Positions 37,959 to 51,064 of a stretch of DNA of 64,000 nucleotides are shown here, in pieces. The translations under genes and the position numbers were made by a program. The stretch covers positions 109,034,782 through 109,098,781 of the forward strand of contig NC_085842.1 in the NCBI RefSeq assembly GCF_035594765.1, written 5' to 3'. Origin of the DNA: Anolis carolinensis. Its lineage: Eukaryota. The notes beneath the pieces are model-generated. The model was not told where the DNA came from, did not search any database, and was given only the letters and a program-made list of their open reading frames with translations. Each line of letters starts with the position of its first letter. Positions within the stretch are counted from its first letter, which is position 1.

Positions 37959-39300
37959 GCTAAGCATCTTTCATGTCTCATACAACTTGGGTTTGGGGTA
38001 GTATTCACCTGCCCAAGCTTTGAGTTGCCATGTGGAGAGAAAACTGTCCTTCCAGCCTCTAGGACACTCTTTCAGGGGAGGGGAGACTTTGCCCATGTCC
38101 AGGTGCCTTTTTCCAGGCTTGCAAAGATTTTTTTTATTCAAGCTAAACCTGATACAAGAAAGTTTTAAATGGATATGTTGAAATATTATTTATTATTATT
38201 AGTTTTTTAAGTATTTAACTTATGTCTTAATATCATAAGTAGTTTAAAAGTATTTTAATATTTTAACTGGATGTGTTTATATTACTGATTGTGTTGTATT
38301 CTGGCTTGGGTCTCTGTTTTGGGAGACAGGCAAGATACAAATAAAAAAGAGTATCTCTCATGAAGAGGGAATTACAACCATTGACAATCACAACTTTGAC
38401 TCAGTTACATTTAACATTTTTCTTGTTATGTTATTTTGAGGTTGATCTTGTTTTTTTTTCTGATTGCCTTCATAATTTAGTATGACCCTGTAACTGAATT
38501 CATGTTTGTGTTCTGATTGCATTGATATGTATTTAAATTTATATGGAACCCTTATGTTTTTATATCAAATTGTTAATGAGAGCGGCCAATTTCATGTGTG
38601 ACATAATTTCTCTGGCATACAGATTTCTATGTACTTTTGCTTGTTTTAAATAAAGTTTGAGAAATCAGACTGTTATTTTCTTAGTATAATGACTGCATTC
38701 ACAAATGCTGTTCCCAACTTACGTTGCTGCAAAAAATCCAAAACAAAACATATTGGTATTATTGCAGAGCCCTTAAAAGCATTTTCATGCACCATATTCT
38801 CCTCCTCTCTAGCCCATGTGCTGTTATCTTTAGCTGAACTTTCTTTTAAAGGTATTTTTTCTGAGTGAAATAGTCAACAGCAAGTTTAAGAAGCTCCAAC
38901 TGTCCCACAATCTTTTCTAGAAACAACAGTGTGGGTTGTAAGAAGACATTGGTTCATCACAAGGTCCGGGGTAATTGTTTGCCCTGTATGTTGTTGTTTT
39001 TTTCAGTAATGAGGGAATTCTCTTCTGACAGTGTCTGTTTCATTTGACTCCAAGGACACTCCTTCATGTTGTTGTCAAAAGCTACTGATAGTGGCTCATT
39101 AGCTTTATCATGGAGAATTAAGGGAGTAGCATTGTTGTCCGTAGTAATTTCAAACTGGGTGTTTAAGTTAGGTATACTCACAGTTTCCTCCCTGAAGAGT
39201 TTGTCAGTTTTCAGTTGTTTAGAAACCTTATGGTGTGTTGTTGACTTGAGGCTAGTCCTATTGTGTTTTCTGTTCTCCATTTGAAGGAGAGGGAGTAGAA

Positions 39301-39615
39301 TTATAGAATCCTAGAGTTGGAAGAGACCTCATGGGCCATCCAGCCCAACCCCCTGCCAAGAAGCAGTAAAATCACATTCAAAGCACCTCCGGCAGATAGC
39401 CATCCAGCCTCTGCTTAAAAGCCTCCAAAGAAGGAGCCTCCACCACAGTCTGGGGAAGAGAGTTCCACTGCCAAACAGCTCTTACACTTAGGAAGATCTT
39501 CCTGATATTCAGGTGGAATCTCCTTTCCTGTAATTTGAAGCAGCAGGGCAGCAGAAAACAAGCTTGCTCCCTCCTCCCTATGACTTCCCCTCACATATTT
39601 ATACCTGGCCATCAT
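39301..39615 (-). mobile_element. CR1 LINE 3' end
   Basis: Same family as 32006-32385, with internal deletion. Confidence 0.85.
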
Positions 39616-41000
39616 ATAGGAAAAATAAAAACACTGGAGCCCATTAAATCAGGCCTTATTATTTTGATGCTATCTTGCATTTCTCTCAATTGATATATGA
39701 TTTATATAGGATTTTAATGGTGTCTTTTATATTGTATTTAATAATCTGGTTTTCCTTTGCCTTATGTGTGAAAGACCCATCATCTAAGCATCAAATAAAA
39801 CTTGACTTGACTTGAAACATATTGGTAAGATGAAACTACCCTGGATGTATGTGTATGTTGTCTATGAGAACTCTAGGAGGTGGATACCAAGAAAAGGCAA
39901 CACTATTATTTTTTCTGACACAAAAGCAGTATTTAAATATTAGTAAACCAAATGAAGATTGATAAGTTCAGTGATAGCACTGCCACTTTTGATGGAATGA
40001 ACCATACTGGACAGTAAGTCTTGAGGAGGGGAAAGTGTGCATGTATGACACAAAATTCATGCATTGATCAGGAATCTTTTCAGTAGGTTGTGATAACCTC
40101 TGACATCTCAGTCTAAGGACAATTGGACCTGCAAAGAAATAAGAGCATTTCCCCATCTTTGTCCTTTTTCACCAGAGTCGTCTCCATACATTTCAACCTG
40201 GTCAAAAGACACTGATATGCCTTTTATCCTACAAAAGGAATTTGATTGAAGTCTACAACTGAAATGTCTATAGGATAAAAACTGAAAGGGAAAAAGAGGC
40301 TGCCTGCTTTTTTTTCTCCACAGCTGTGAGCTGGATATTGGACTAAAATAATAGAATATTAGAGTTGGAAGAGACCAAAAGGGCCTTCTAGTACAAGATT
40401 CTCCCATTCAGGAATATATAACCTAGGACCTTATCAGACGGGTAGGGATAGAGCGGGGAACAGCGGAAGACAGCGGAGAGAACTGTCAGGCTCTGTTCCC
40501 TCTCATTAGGGTCTGTCTTCTTTCTTTCTAAGTCATTTCCCTTTCTTTCCCCACTTCCTCTTCACCTCCTCTTCCCTTTTTCAGTGACGAGTCAGGTAAA
40601 CATTGTTGCCAAATGAAAATGGCAACACCCCTCTCGATTCAAGTAACTTCCCGGTAAACAGAATGAGAGTCTAGCCTAGCTGACAATGGACCCCAAATGG
40701 CAAGACCTTTGGCTGAATTGCACACCTCTAGTGGTGAACTGTACATCTCCCATTTGAGGATCAGTCAAAGTATTAGCCACAAGGTGTCACCAAAAGACTA
40801 GGCACAAAGTGAAAAATTGCCCACATCAACTAGAATGTAATGATGATGTGAAATTTTGTAATCTGCATTGGTGGCAGATTTTCCCATATCAGAGAAATAG
40901 CCAGTCTTCAAGGTTTATATGTTTTATACTTTTTACCATTTATTGTATGTCAACATATGGCAACCCCATGAATTTTCATAGGGTTGTTTAAGGCAAGAAC

Positions 41001-41046
<46 letters not shown>

Positions 41047-41049
41047 TAT

Positions 41050-41594
41050 TCATTGGAACCTATGCCTCAAGTATCACCTCCCTGCAGTTAAGAACTGGTG
41101 GGATCACAAACCTGCAAAGGTTGTGGAAAATGAACACGCAAAGATACTGTGGGACTTCCGAATCCAGACTGACAAAGTTCTGGAACACAACACACCAGAC
41201 ATCACAGTTGTGGAAAAGAACAAGGTTTGGATCATTGATGTTGCCATCCCAGGTGACAGTCGCATTGAAGAAAAACAACAGGAAAAACTCAGCCGCTATC
41301 AGGACCTCAAGATTGAACTTCAAAGACTCTGGCAGAAACCAGTGCAGGTGGTCCCGGTGGTGATGGGCACACTGGGTGCCGTGCCAAAAGATCTCAGCCG
41401 GCATTTGGAAACAATAGACATTGACAAAATTACGATCTGCCAACTGCAAAAGGCCACCTTACTGGGATCTGCACGCATCATCCGAAAATACATCACACAG
41501 TCCTAGACACTTGGGAAGTGTTCGACTTGTGATTTTGTGAAACGAAATCCAGCATATCTATCTTGTTTGCTGTGTCATACAATGTTGTTGTGTC

Positions 41595-41639
<45 letters not shown>

Positions 41640-41790
41640 GATCTGCCAACTGCAAAAGGCCACCCTGCTGGGATCTGCGCGCATCATCTGAAAATACATC
41701 ACACAGTCCTAGACACTTGGGAAGTGTTCGACTTGTGATTCTTTGATACGAAATCCAGCATATCTATCTTGTTTGCTGTGTCATAATAAA
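41050..41790 (+). mobile_element. Dong/R4-clade non-LTR retrotransposon 3' end in (TAA)n
   Basis: ORF 41123-41506 ILWDFRIQTDK..NTPDITVV..IIDVAIP (restriction-like endonuclease PD..D); (TAA)n on both sides; duplicated 3' end. Confidence 0.85.
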
Positions 41791-41803
41791 ATAATACAAA
41801 TAA

Positions 41804-41853
<50 letters not shown>

Positions 41854-42089
41854 ATTTCTATTCCGTCTGTCTCCCCAGAGGGCCTCAGGGTGGAATAATC
41901 TGAGGTGGTTTTGCCAATTCCTTTCTTTGAAATATAGTTTACAGCAACTGGTATTCATTCACAGTCTTCCATTCAAGTACTAATATGGCTGACCTTTACT
42001 ATGTGAAATAACGCTTTAACAATTATTGTGTACCATCACCAATTGTTCTTCCAATATCAGGTATATACATCGATTTCCTAGAGTTTTAA

Positions 42090-44370
42090 CAACAGGTATG
42101 TCAAGCCAAACTGAGGACATGGACGATGTCTTTCTAGAACAGATAATCTCACATTCACAAAAGAGAGATTTAATAGTAACGGGAGATTTTAACTATCCTG
42201 ATATTTGTTGGAAGACAAACTCTGCCAAGGATATCAGGTCCCACAAATGCCTCACTTAACGTTACAGCAATTCCATTATCCAGAAGCTGAAAGAGGCAAC
42301 AAGGAGATAAGCTATTTTACATCTGATCCTGTACTAGAGGGGAAGTCAAAAAGAGTCAGATATACACGCTAGACTTGGAGAAAGCTGATTTCAGTAAACT
42401 TAGGAAAAAACTGAGCGTAATCCCAATGTCAGGAACACTAACAAAGAAAGGAGTTCATGATTGATGGTGATACAGAGATTAAAACATTTGGGGGTTTCTC
42501 CCAGAAAAGGAGACCCGTGCTAAATCCAGCAAGGGGGGTTGCGAAACACCTGGCAAGCTTACAAGAAGCAAATAAATGTTTTCCCTATTCTCAATTAGAG
42601 TCTCACCCAGGTTGGAAGCAGGGGTCACCGAGTTTAATTCTGGTCCAGCTGGAACAGGATGATGGCAGCAATATGATGCAAGAAGAACCGACATACCATT
42701 ACAGAGAAAAAGGCACTTTTTATACTTTACCATTTTGAATTTTCTGCCTCCTGCCTTCGCGCTGGTTGGTCAGGGGAGTCCCTGACAGGGAGAATCTGAT
42801 GGGGAGAATCACAGGATCCAGCATCCCTGTGGTTTGGGGAGACAAACCCAATCAGTCTTATGACCGTTTGAAAGGGCTTCGACCCCTCTTCACGTTTCCA
42901 TAAGGGAATAAGTAGGAATCCCAGAATTTCCCCATTGGCCCAGGCAAGCAAAGGGCTTACTGGAGTCACTCTGAGACTAGGAGACGGTGCAAGGAATACA
43001 TGGGTTCATGCAGGGAATGGGCAGAGGGGCAGAAAAGACATTTCAGATACCTGTGCTCATTCATAAAAAGGCTAAACTCATTCATAAAAAACTGATTGGA
43101 GTGTGTGGAGGCGAATCGGGGCCACTATGGCAAAACCGGAGGAGATCCTCAGCTTGGGACAAATTTTATGGCGATTTTTTGGTTATAGAGAACTGTCTGC
43201 AAAAATGTTCCTTTTGCAGGCGGGAAAGTGAAAGCAAGTTGGAAACAGTTTTCTTGCTTTGGTCAATATGTAACAGAAGTCAATGGAGCTTCAATGAAGA
43301 GAGAGTGCCTGAGGTTTTTCTGCAGAAACAATGTATCTATGTGGCTGAGGCTCTTCTGAGAGGGGGGGAAAGCCTGTGGAACTCCTGGCAGTGATCAGCT
43401 GTATGTCAGAGCAATGTGAGTGTGGGGGCTTGCGTGTTCGACATCAGTGGGCGTTTCTGAAAAGTGAGATATTGGACGCACAGTTTTAAACAGTTCCAAT
43501 AAGGAGGAAAAATAGGAGATGATCTAAGGATCTTTCAATTCAACTTAGATTTAAAAGGGACATATACAAGAAATGGAATAAGAGAGAAATCACCAAAGAG
43601 AAATTCAGAGGAATAGCTAGCCTTTGTAGGGATCAATTTAGAGAAACCAAAGCACAGAAGGACCTCATGCTTGCTAAAAAAAGTTAAAAACAATTAAAAG
43701 GGCTTTAAAAAGTTTTGTCCAGAGCAAAAAGGAAGAACAAGGAAATGGTAGGGCTGATGCATACAGGCGTTGGCAAAATGCTAGCAGGAGACAAGGAAAA
43801 GGTAGAACTACTCAACACCTTACGTGCCTGGATGCAGCAGAGAATGCAGCAGAGTAAAGGCAACATAGAAGAGGTAAAGGGGCAGTACAGGAATATCTGG
43901 CTAATCCAAATGAATTCAAGTTTCCAGGGCCACATGAACGCCATCCAAGAGTAGTAAAATAATTGGCAAAAGTAATTTCAGAACCATTGGCAATTATCTT
44001 TGAGAACAAAAGTCCCAGTAGACTGGTGGAGGGCAACTGTTGTCCCTATATTCAAGAAGAGATAAAGGGGGGACCCAAACAGTTACCGTCCAGAAAGCTT
44101 GTTTTCTGCTGCTCTAGAAAGGACACAGAGTAAGGAATGCAAATTTCAGGGGGGGGGGGGGAAGAGTCCACTTAAACATTAGGAAGAATGTCCAGACAAT
44201 AAGAGCTGTAGTGGAATATGCTTCCTCAGAGTGTGGTGAAATCTCCTTCTCTGGAGGTTTTTAAGCAGAGGCTGTATGGTCATCTGTCAGGGGTGCTTTG
44301 ATTCTATGTTACTGAATGGCAGGGAGTTGGACTGGATGGCCCTTGTGGTCTCTTCCAACTCTGATTCTGT
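42090..44370 (+). mobile_element. Decayed CR1 LINE, interrupted by an LTR-like insertion
   Basis: GDFNYPDICW endonuclease motif near 42180, RT-region remnants 43450-44090, CR1 3' end near 44350. Confidence 0.75.
42468..43446. mobile_element. Probable solo LTR inserted in CR1
   Basis: TGAT...ATCA termini, 4-bp TSD ATGG/GTGG; CR1 sequence resumes on both sides. Confidence 0.55.
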
Positions 44371-44722
44371 GACAGTGGCAGAAACAGAGTTGCACATAGA
44401 GTAACATGGCATATTTGTGGAACTCCATTGGCTAACATATGTGTGTGTCCATTTTTAGATAGCCACTCTCTTCCCTTTGTGCTTTGTCTAAAACCTCTTT
44501 TTCAGGAGGAAGGAGAAGGAGCAACTGCTTGTGCTGCCATGGAAGAGAGACACATGATGGAGGCAATTCAGATGATGAAGATGTGGGCGGTGTGGGCATG
44601 AAACAAAAGCAATCTAATTTGCAACATGCAATACAAAGAAATCCCATGCTGGAATAAACAGACATTTTAACTCTTAAGGGAACTCTGCTTCTAATCATTC
44701 ACTTGCCAACCCACACTGTCGA

Positions 44723-44907
44723 CTGGGGCAAATTCTCAGAAGGCGTCTCTTTCTGTCATAAGAATCTCCTCCATTCAGTCATACAATCAGAATCATTTCT
44801 TTTCATAGTCTTAACAATTTTGGCATTTCAGCATCAGTGATAACATCTTTTCTTGTGCTCTTGCCTTAAGTAAATAATCTTTTCTATAACACTTTTTTCA
44901 TAATGCC
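44723..44907. promoter_or_regulatory. Candidate distal enhancer upstream of cytokine B
   Basis: Paralog of 26188-26368; GAS + TGATAA..ATCT double GATA. Confidence 0.55.
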
Positions 44908-46032
44908 ATTCAAATTTATTCACATTTAATGATATGATATTTCCAGTAATAATCTCTGCTGAAATCAATATCTTTCAGCCCAACAGGCCATTTTTCCTAA
45001 AGCAGTACATGTATTACAGATTTGTTTTTTAAAAAATAATAATACTTTTTGTTTGCTGAACATCTGTTTTGAAGATAATGAATCGCAATCATGTTGGAAG
45101 TTTAGGGAGAGCAATATAGGTGCATCTACACTATATAATTAATGCAGTTTGGCACCAGTTTAACTGCCATAGCTCAATGCTATGGGAGATGTAGTTTTAC
45201 AAGGTCTTTAGCTTTCTCTGTCAAAGGGAAATTGGTGTCTCACCAAACTACCAATTCCAGGATTCCATAGCATTGAGCCATGGTGTCAAAGTGCATTAAC
45301 TGTACAGTGCAGATGCACCTTTGATTCCTCAACACTAAAATCTCTGACCAAAGTAAAGCCCCAGGATTTCAAAGGACAGACCATGCTTATGCTTATTCTT
45401 GGTCACTGCAAAGAGTTGTAATCCCTTTATCACTCTACGGAAACCTTTTAAATCCAAGTTCAGTTGAAAGATCCTTAGATCTGGTTTCTTTAGACATCTC
45501 CTATTTTCCCTCCTCATTGGAACTATTCAAAACTGTCCTCAATTGACCACAGACCCCCTGAAGCTTCCCACCAGCCATTCATACTGGGTTCATGCACCCA
45601 GATGACAAGTCATGGCATTCCTACTATAACCACTGAAGGATCATAGCTGTTCTGGCTCCACTAGCACACACTTGCAGACCCAGCGAGGGAGGAAGCAATT
45701 AACCCAGAATTCAGAAATAACTTAGGCAAGGGCAGTATATCAACAGGGCTCAGCGTCTTTACCTGTGGGAGTCTGGTTTGCAGAAGGGTAGTCATGACCG
45801 GCCAGGTTTGGAAAAACAAGCAGCAACAGCAACCAGGATCTAGGAATCTAGGCAGTCCAGGGTTTAGAGTCACAAAAATATGACCTCCATCCAGCACCAA
45901 CTCGAGTTGTCTCTTAGATGGACTGAAACCAGCTGCTCCTAATCAGGATCACCTGATAAAATCTCTCTGTAACATGTTCAATATCTGGTTAATATTTATT
46001 GAAATTTCAGCTTGTCCAGAATGTTCCAGACA

Positions 46033-47985
46033 CTTACTTACTTAGGCGATCCCTCGTAGTTCGAGGATGATTGTCCTCCATCTGTGGGGTCTTGGGGGTG
46101 TGTCTGTAGGTGGCTGAAGAGACCTATTCTTGATCTGCATGTTCTACCACAGTGAGGACATCGGTTTCCAGGTGGAAGGCGGTCCCGGTCAGGGTTGGCT
46201 TGATGGGCCTTCCTCTTGGCACGTTTCTCCCTTAAGCCCTCCATTCATGCCTCTTTGAACTCCGCAGCACTAATGGTCACAGCTGACCTCCAATTAGAGC
46301 GCTCAAGGGCCAGGGCTTCCCAGTTCTCAGTGTCTATGCCACAGTTTTTAAGGTTGGCTTTAAGCCCATTTTAAAATCTCTTTTCCTGCCCACCAACATT
46401 ACGTTTCCCGTTCTTGAGTTGGGAGTAGAGTAGCTGCTTTGGGAGACGGTGATCGGGCATTCGGACAACATGGTCAGTCCAGCGGAGTTGATGGCGTAGG
46501 AGCATCGCTTCAATGCTGGTGGTATTTGCTTCCTCAAGCACGCTGACATTTGTCTGCCTGACTTCCCAAGAGATTTGCAGGTTTTTTCTGAGGCAACACT
46601 GATGTTGCCTAGGAGTTGAGTGTGACGTCTGTAGACCGTCCACGTTTCGCAGGCAGAGACCAGGGTTGGGACGACAATGGCTTTATAAACAAGCATCTTG
46701 GTATCTCTATGGATGTTCCGGTCATCAAACACTCTCTGCTTCAATGTGTTGTTGAAGGCTTTCATGGTCGGGATCACAGGGTTGTTGTATGTATTTCGGG
46801 CTGTATGGCCATGTTCCAGAAGTATTCTCTCCTGATGTTTCACCCACATCTAAGACAGGCATCCTCAGAGGTTGTGAAGAGAGAATACTTCTGGAACATG
46901 GCCATACAGCCCGGAATACATACAACAACTCTACTCTCTGCTTAATTCTGAAAAATGCTGCACTCGCAGAGCTCAGGCAGTGTTGTATTTCAGTGTCGAT
47001 GTTGACTTTTGTGAAGAGGTGGCTGCCAAGGTAGCAGAAATAGTCAACATTTTCTAATGTTACACCATTAAACTGTATTCCTGGCTTTGCAGAGGGATTA
47101 GCTGGTGCCTGTTGGAAGAGCACTTTGGTTTTCTCAATGTTCAATGAGAGGCCAAGCTTCTCGTATGCTTCTGCGAAGGTGTTTAGAGTGGCTTGTAAGT
47201 CTTCTTCTGAGTGCCCACAAACTACGTTGTCATCGGCATATTGGAGTTCTATAACAGATGTTGTGGTGTCCTTGGTTTTGGCTCTCAGTCTGCTGAGGTT
47301 AAATAGCTTGCCATCTGTCTGATAGATGATTTCCACACCAGTGGGAAGCTTCCCATCAACAAGGTGAAGTATCATAGCGATGAAGATGGAAAATAAGGTA
47401 GGGGCAATAACACATCCCTGCTTGACACCTGATTCCACCTTAAATGGGTCACTTTGGGAGCCGTTGTTGTCCAAGACTGTTGCCATCATGTCTTCATGAA
47501 GGAGCCGCAGGAGGTTCACAAATTTGTCAGGGCACCCGATTTTTTGGAGGATGGTCCAGAGAGCGCTGCGATTCACTGTGTTGAATGCCTTTGCAAGGTC
47601 AATGAATGCCATGTACAGAGGCTGATTTTGTTCCCTGCATTTTTTTTGGAGCTGTCGTGCAGTGAAGATCATGTCCACTGTTCCTCTGGAGGGGCGGAAG
47701 CCGTTCTGGGATTCTGGGAGGGTGTCTTCTGAAACAGGGAGAAGGCGGTTTGCAAGGATTCTTGCGAGAATTTTCCCAGCGGATGTTAGAAGGGAGATAC
47801 CGCGATAGTTCCCACAGTCTGTTCTATCCCCTTTCTTGAAAAGGGTGATGATGGTGGCATCCTTGAAGTCTGCTGGGACTTTCTCGGCCGCCCACACTTT
47901 TTCAATGAGCTGTTGGAGTTGTTGTATCAGCTCAGGTCCACCCTCTTTGAAGATTTCAGCAGGGATCCCATCAGGTCCGCTGTAT
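46033..47985 (-). mobile_element. RTE-clade LINE, 5'-truncated, RT domain largely open
   Basis: ORF 46725-47999: GPDGIPAE, NYRGISLL, FIDLAKAF, GVKQGC, YADD; (TAAG)n-like tail. Confidence 0.92.
46742..46932. mobile_element. Penelope pseudo-LTR inverted pair nested in RTE
   Basis: 11-bp TSD ACTCTCTGCTT (46731-46741 / 46933-46943); inverted arms. Confidence 0.8.
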
Positions 47986-48032
47986 TTGTTAATATCCAAT
48001 GTTAGCTACAGTTAACATGCAACACTTTTTTT

Positions 48033-48270
48033 TCATGTCAGGAGCGACTTGAGAAAATATAAGTCACTTCTGTTGTGATAAAATTGGCCATCTGTAAAGA
48101 CATTGCCTAGGGGACGCCCGGATGTTTTGGCATTTTTACCATCCTTGTGGAAGGCTTCTCTCATGTCCCCGCATGGAGCTGGAGCTGATAGAGGGAGCTC
48201 ATCTGTGATCAGCAATTCAACCTTCGATTCAGCAGTCCTGCCAGCACAAGGGTTTAACCCACTGTGCCAC
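48033..48270 (-). mobile_element. Sauria SINE
   Basis: tcatgtcaggagcgacttgagaaa...ggagctggagctgatagagggagctc. Confidence 0.8.
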
Positions 48271-48843
48271 TATGCAATGCTGATTCTGTATAAGCTCATG
48301 GGCTGGTTGCTGAAAAAATAATTTGTGTCTATGGAGTGCCCTTTTCCATTCCTAGTTTTTATGTTGTAGGGTTGAAAATTTCTTGATAGCCCCTTAATCT
48401 AGCACTTTGTTTTCTGATAATTAATCAACAGAAACAGCAAGAATTCAGTTATCGAGGTCAATGTAACTAAGGTAGTATATAAGAACGTAGGATGAGCCAT
48501 GGTGGAGAAAATTAATGGTTGGCTGAGTCTAGTATGGCTCATCTTATGTTCTTATATAGTGCCTCAGTCACATTAAACTTAGTAAGCAGAAATGCACTTT
48601 ATATCTACATCCTATGTGCATTCAGCCATATTGTGCTATATTGATTATATGGCTCTTTTAACTGATTCTACTTTGATAGAGGATTTATCCAGCTTATATA
48701 CCTGGTTTATGTAATGTTGTTATTGTCTTCATGCTGATGTATTTTATTTTATGTATTATATATTTTATGTATGGCATCTTTGTGTGCTATTTTGTAAGCC
48801 GCCCCGAGTTCCTATGGGAGATGGTGGCGGGATATAAATAAAG

Positions 48844-48898
<55 letters not shown>

Positions 48899-49339
48899 GA
48901 GTAATTACAGAATATAAGTCTGATGACCTGTAACATTGTATGCCTGTCTTTCTGTGCTTGTACATACAAGGCCTATATGCCTGCCTGAGTTTCTAGTAAA
49001 GTTGGGAGGTACAAGGTTGGCAGAACCCATTTAAATTAGTTTATGTGCCTACAACATGTCATGGTGGTGGTGATTGTGTTCATTTATGTAATTTCCGACT
49101 TATGGTGACCCCAAAGTGAATCCTATCATAGGGGTTTCTTGGCAAGATTTAGTCAGAGGAAAGTTCCCTTTGCCTTCCTCTGAGGCTGAGAGAATATGTG
49201 CTTATGTCTAATATTTACATAGAAAAATTCTTACTTGCCTAATGTTACTATTGTGTTGTAATTCCACACCAGATAAATCAATGCGTATAATTTTCAGCCA
49301 TGAGAAATATTGTTTGAAAATCCCCTTTTCTTAATGTCC

Positions 49340-49550
49340 CCATAATTTCCATTTTATCATTCATTTTCCATCTTATCATTTGGATATGTGGTTTTTGGGT
49401 TCTCTGAATAGGCAAATTCACAACTCATCTCTACATTTACGTCAGGTATTTATCTGTTTCCTCTGGTTATAAATAAGCAGCTTGCAAATAAATGACAAAG
49501 CAGTAAGGAGGACACCATTCATTGACCTGACCAATCCAAAGAACGAGATC
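49340..49550 (+). promoter_or_regulatory. Cytokine B proximal promoter / 5'UTR
   Basis: Alternating TTTCC (NFAT) and TTATC (GATA) 49346-49377, TGTGGT 49387, TTCTCTGAA (GAS) 49400, TTACGTCA 49437, TTATC, TTCCTCT, TATAAATA 49468. Confidence 0.72.
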
Positions 49551-49688
49551 ATGCTTTTGAAAGCAATCTTTGCCTTTTGTTTCTTGGCTCAAGGTATTTC
49601 TAAAATTGCAGCGCAACCAGTCAAGAAGTTTGAAAGGGAAGCACAAGAATTGGTGAAGATTGTGAATGCCACATGCACGGTGTTAAAG
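49551..49688 (+). CDS. IL-4/IL-13-family cytokine B (IL4 syntenic position), exon 1: signal peptide + helix A
   Basis: TATAAATA at 49468, ATG 49551; MLLKAIFAFCFLAQGISKIAAQPVKKFEREAQELVKIVNATCTVLK|gtaaga; 138 nt phase 0. Confidence 0.9.
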
Positions 49689-50535
49689 GTAAGAAGAGCA
49701 TCTTGCGTTTTAGGATCATGTTATTTTCTTTTTCAGTCAGAGTATTGCTTGCTTGACCAGGCTCAGTTGTGTATTGCTTTATGAAATATATAGTTTTAAT
49801 GTTATAAAAATGTTCATACCAAATGCACAGAACGAGTATGCCCAATTTGATGTTATTAATAAATGAATGTATTTCGGGGTGGGTGGGGGGTGGGCAATAT
49901 GTTTCATTTATTATCTTGCTGAAATCAAGATGTTGAATGAAACATGATTTATACTTTAAGAGATAATACATGAATAGAGTTTTAATTAACAGGCAAACCC
50001 TATTTTGTCTTATGGACCCCACCCCCTGTTTATAACATCTGGGGTTAATTTATAAACAGACGTATTGATTGAATTGATTTGGCATTTGATAGGAATGAAA
50101 GGTCAATTTAAACAGAAATAAGTAAGTAGAACAGAAATTTGAAATACTGAAAAATGTTTGCTTCAAACCAACATCAAAGCAATTTAACAATTTCAATGTA
50201 TCAGTCATACCTGTTTGGACATTAAGAAGTGCTAATGAATGAAATACCAAATCTTAGACCTTGCTTAGAAGAGTACACAAGGCAGATAAGTGTTGTGCAC
50301 AAGGCAGATAAGTGTTGTGAAAAACATTAGGGACAAGAAGACATCAGAGCTGGTGTGTCAACCCCCCAAATTCACAAAGGACATATCCACAGACAAAAGT
50401 TACCTTATGGTAGTAAGGCTATTATTTTTATCCGCTTCTCAACTAGATGAAAAGGTTACTAGACCTTCTCTTACAGAAAGTACAATTTAAAAAAAATCCC
50501 TTCCCTGAACTATAACTTTTTTTCCATTTGCACAG

Positions 50536-50610
50536 GATGTGCCTTGTGGGAATCAGAGAATAAGAGAAATCAAATTGGCACCTGCTATGAGATGGAACAA
50601 TAGAACACTG
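50536..50610 (+). CDS. Cytokine B exon 2
   Basis: ttttccatttgcacag|GAT...CTG|gtgagt; 75 nt phase 0; DVPCGNQRIREIKLAPAMRWNNRTL. Confidence 0.87.
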
Positions 50611-50750
50611 GTGAGTGATACATTCAAAAATTATATACAAGGGATAATATGCCTACAGAACATTTGTTCAGCCATTGAGACATCTAAGACTTATGAAGGT
50701 TAGCTTAGAAAATGATCATGCATGATTCAATTTGATTTTTCTTTAAACAG

Positions 50751-50873
50751 TGCGCTTCCTACAGCAATACATTCTGCCAAGTTAACCGTGCTCTGAAGGA
50801 ACTCAACCACGGCGAGTGCAGAAATGCGAACGTGACACAAATCCAGGGAGCTTTAAAACCCCTAAAAGGACAT
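50751..50873 (+). CDS. Cytokine B exon 3 (helices B, C)
   Basis: ctttaaacag|TGC...CAT|gtgagt; 123 nt phase 0; CASYSNTFCQVNRALKELNHGECRNANVTQIQGALKPLKGH; TFCQ resembles the IL-4 TFCR motif. Confidence 0.9.
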
Positions 50874-51064
50874 GTGAGTATCCTAATTAAAAACAACCCC
50901 ATTGCTGAAATACAAAACTTAAAGAGTTTAACCAAGAGGCATCTGGGGATTTGATGCATTTTACAACAAACCTTAGTACCACTTTCATTGTGTGCTAACA
51001 TTTGTTGAACACATGAAATATTCTTAATGTGTCACTTTAAGAACAGTGATAGATTCTTAAAGGG

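Noticed and set aside
41493-41958. Poly-Ile/poly-Leu ORFs (also 48765-48969)
   Set aside because: Translations of (TAA)n/(ATT)n microsatellites
46725-47999. 424-aa ORF as a host gene
   Set aside because: RTE reverse transcriptase, 5'-truncated, with a Penelope-derived C-terminus
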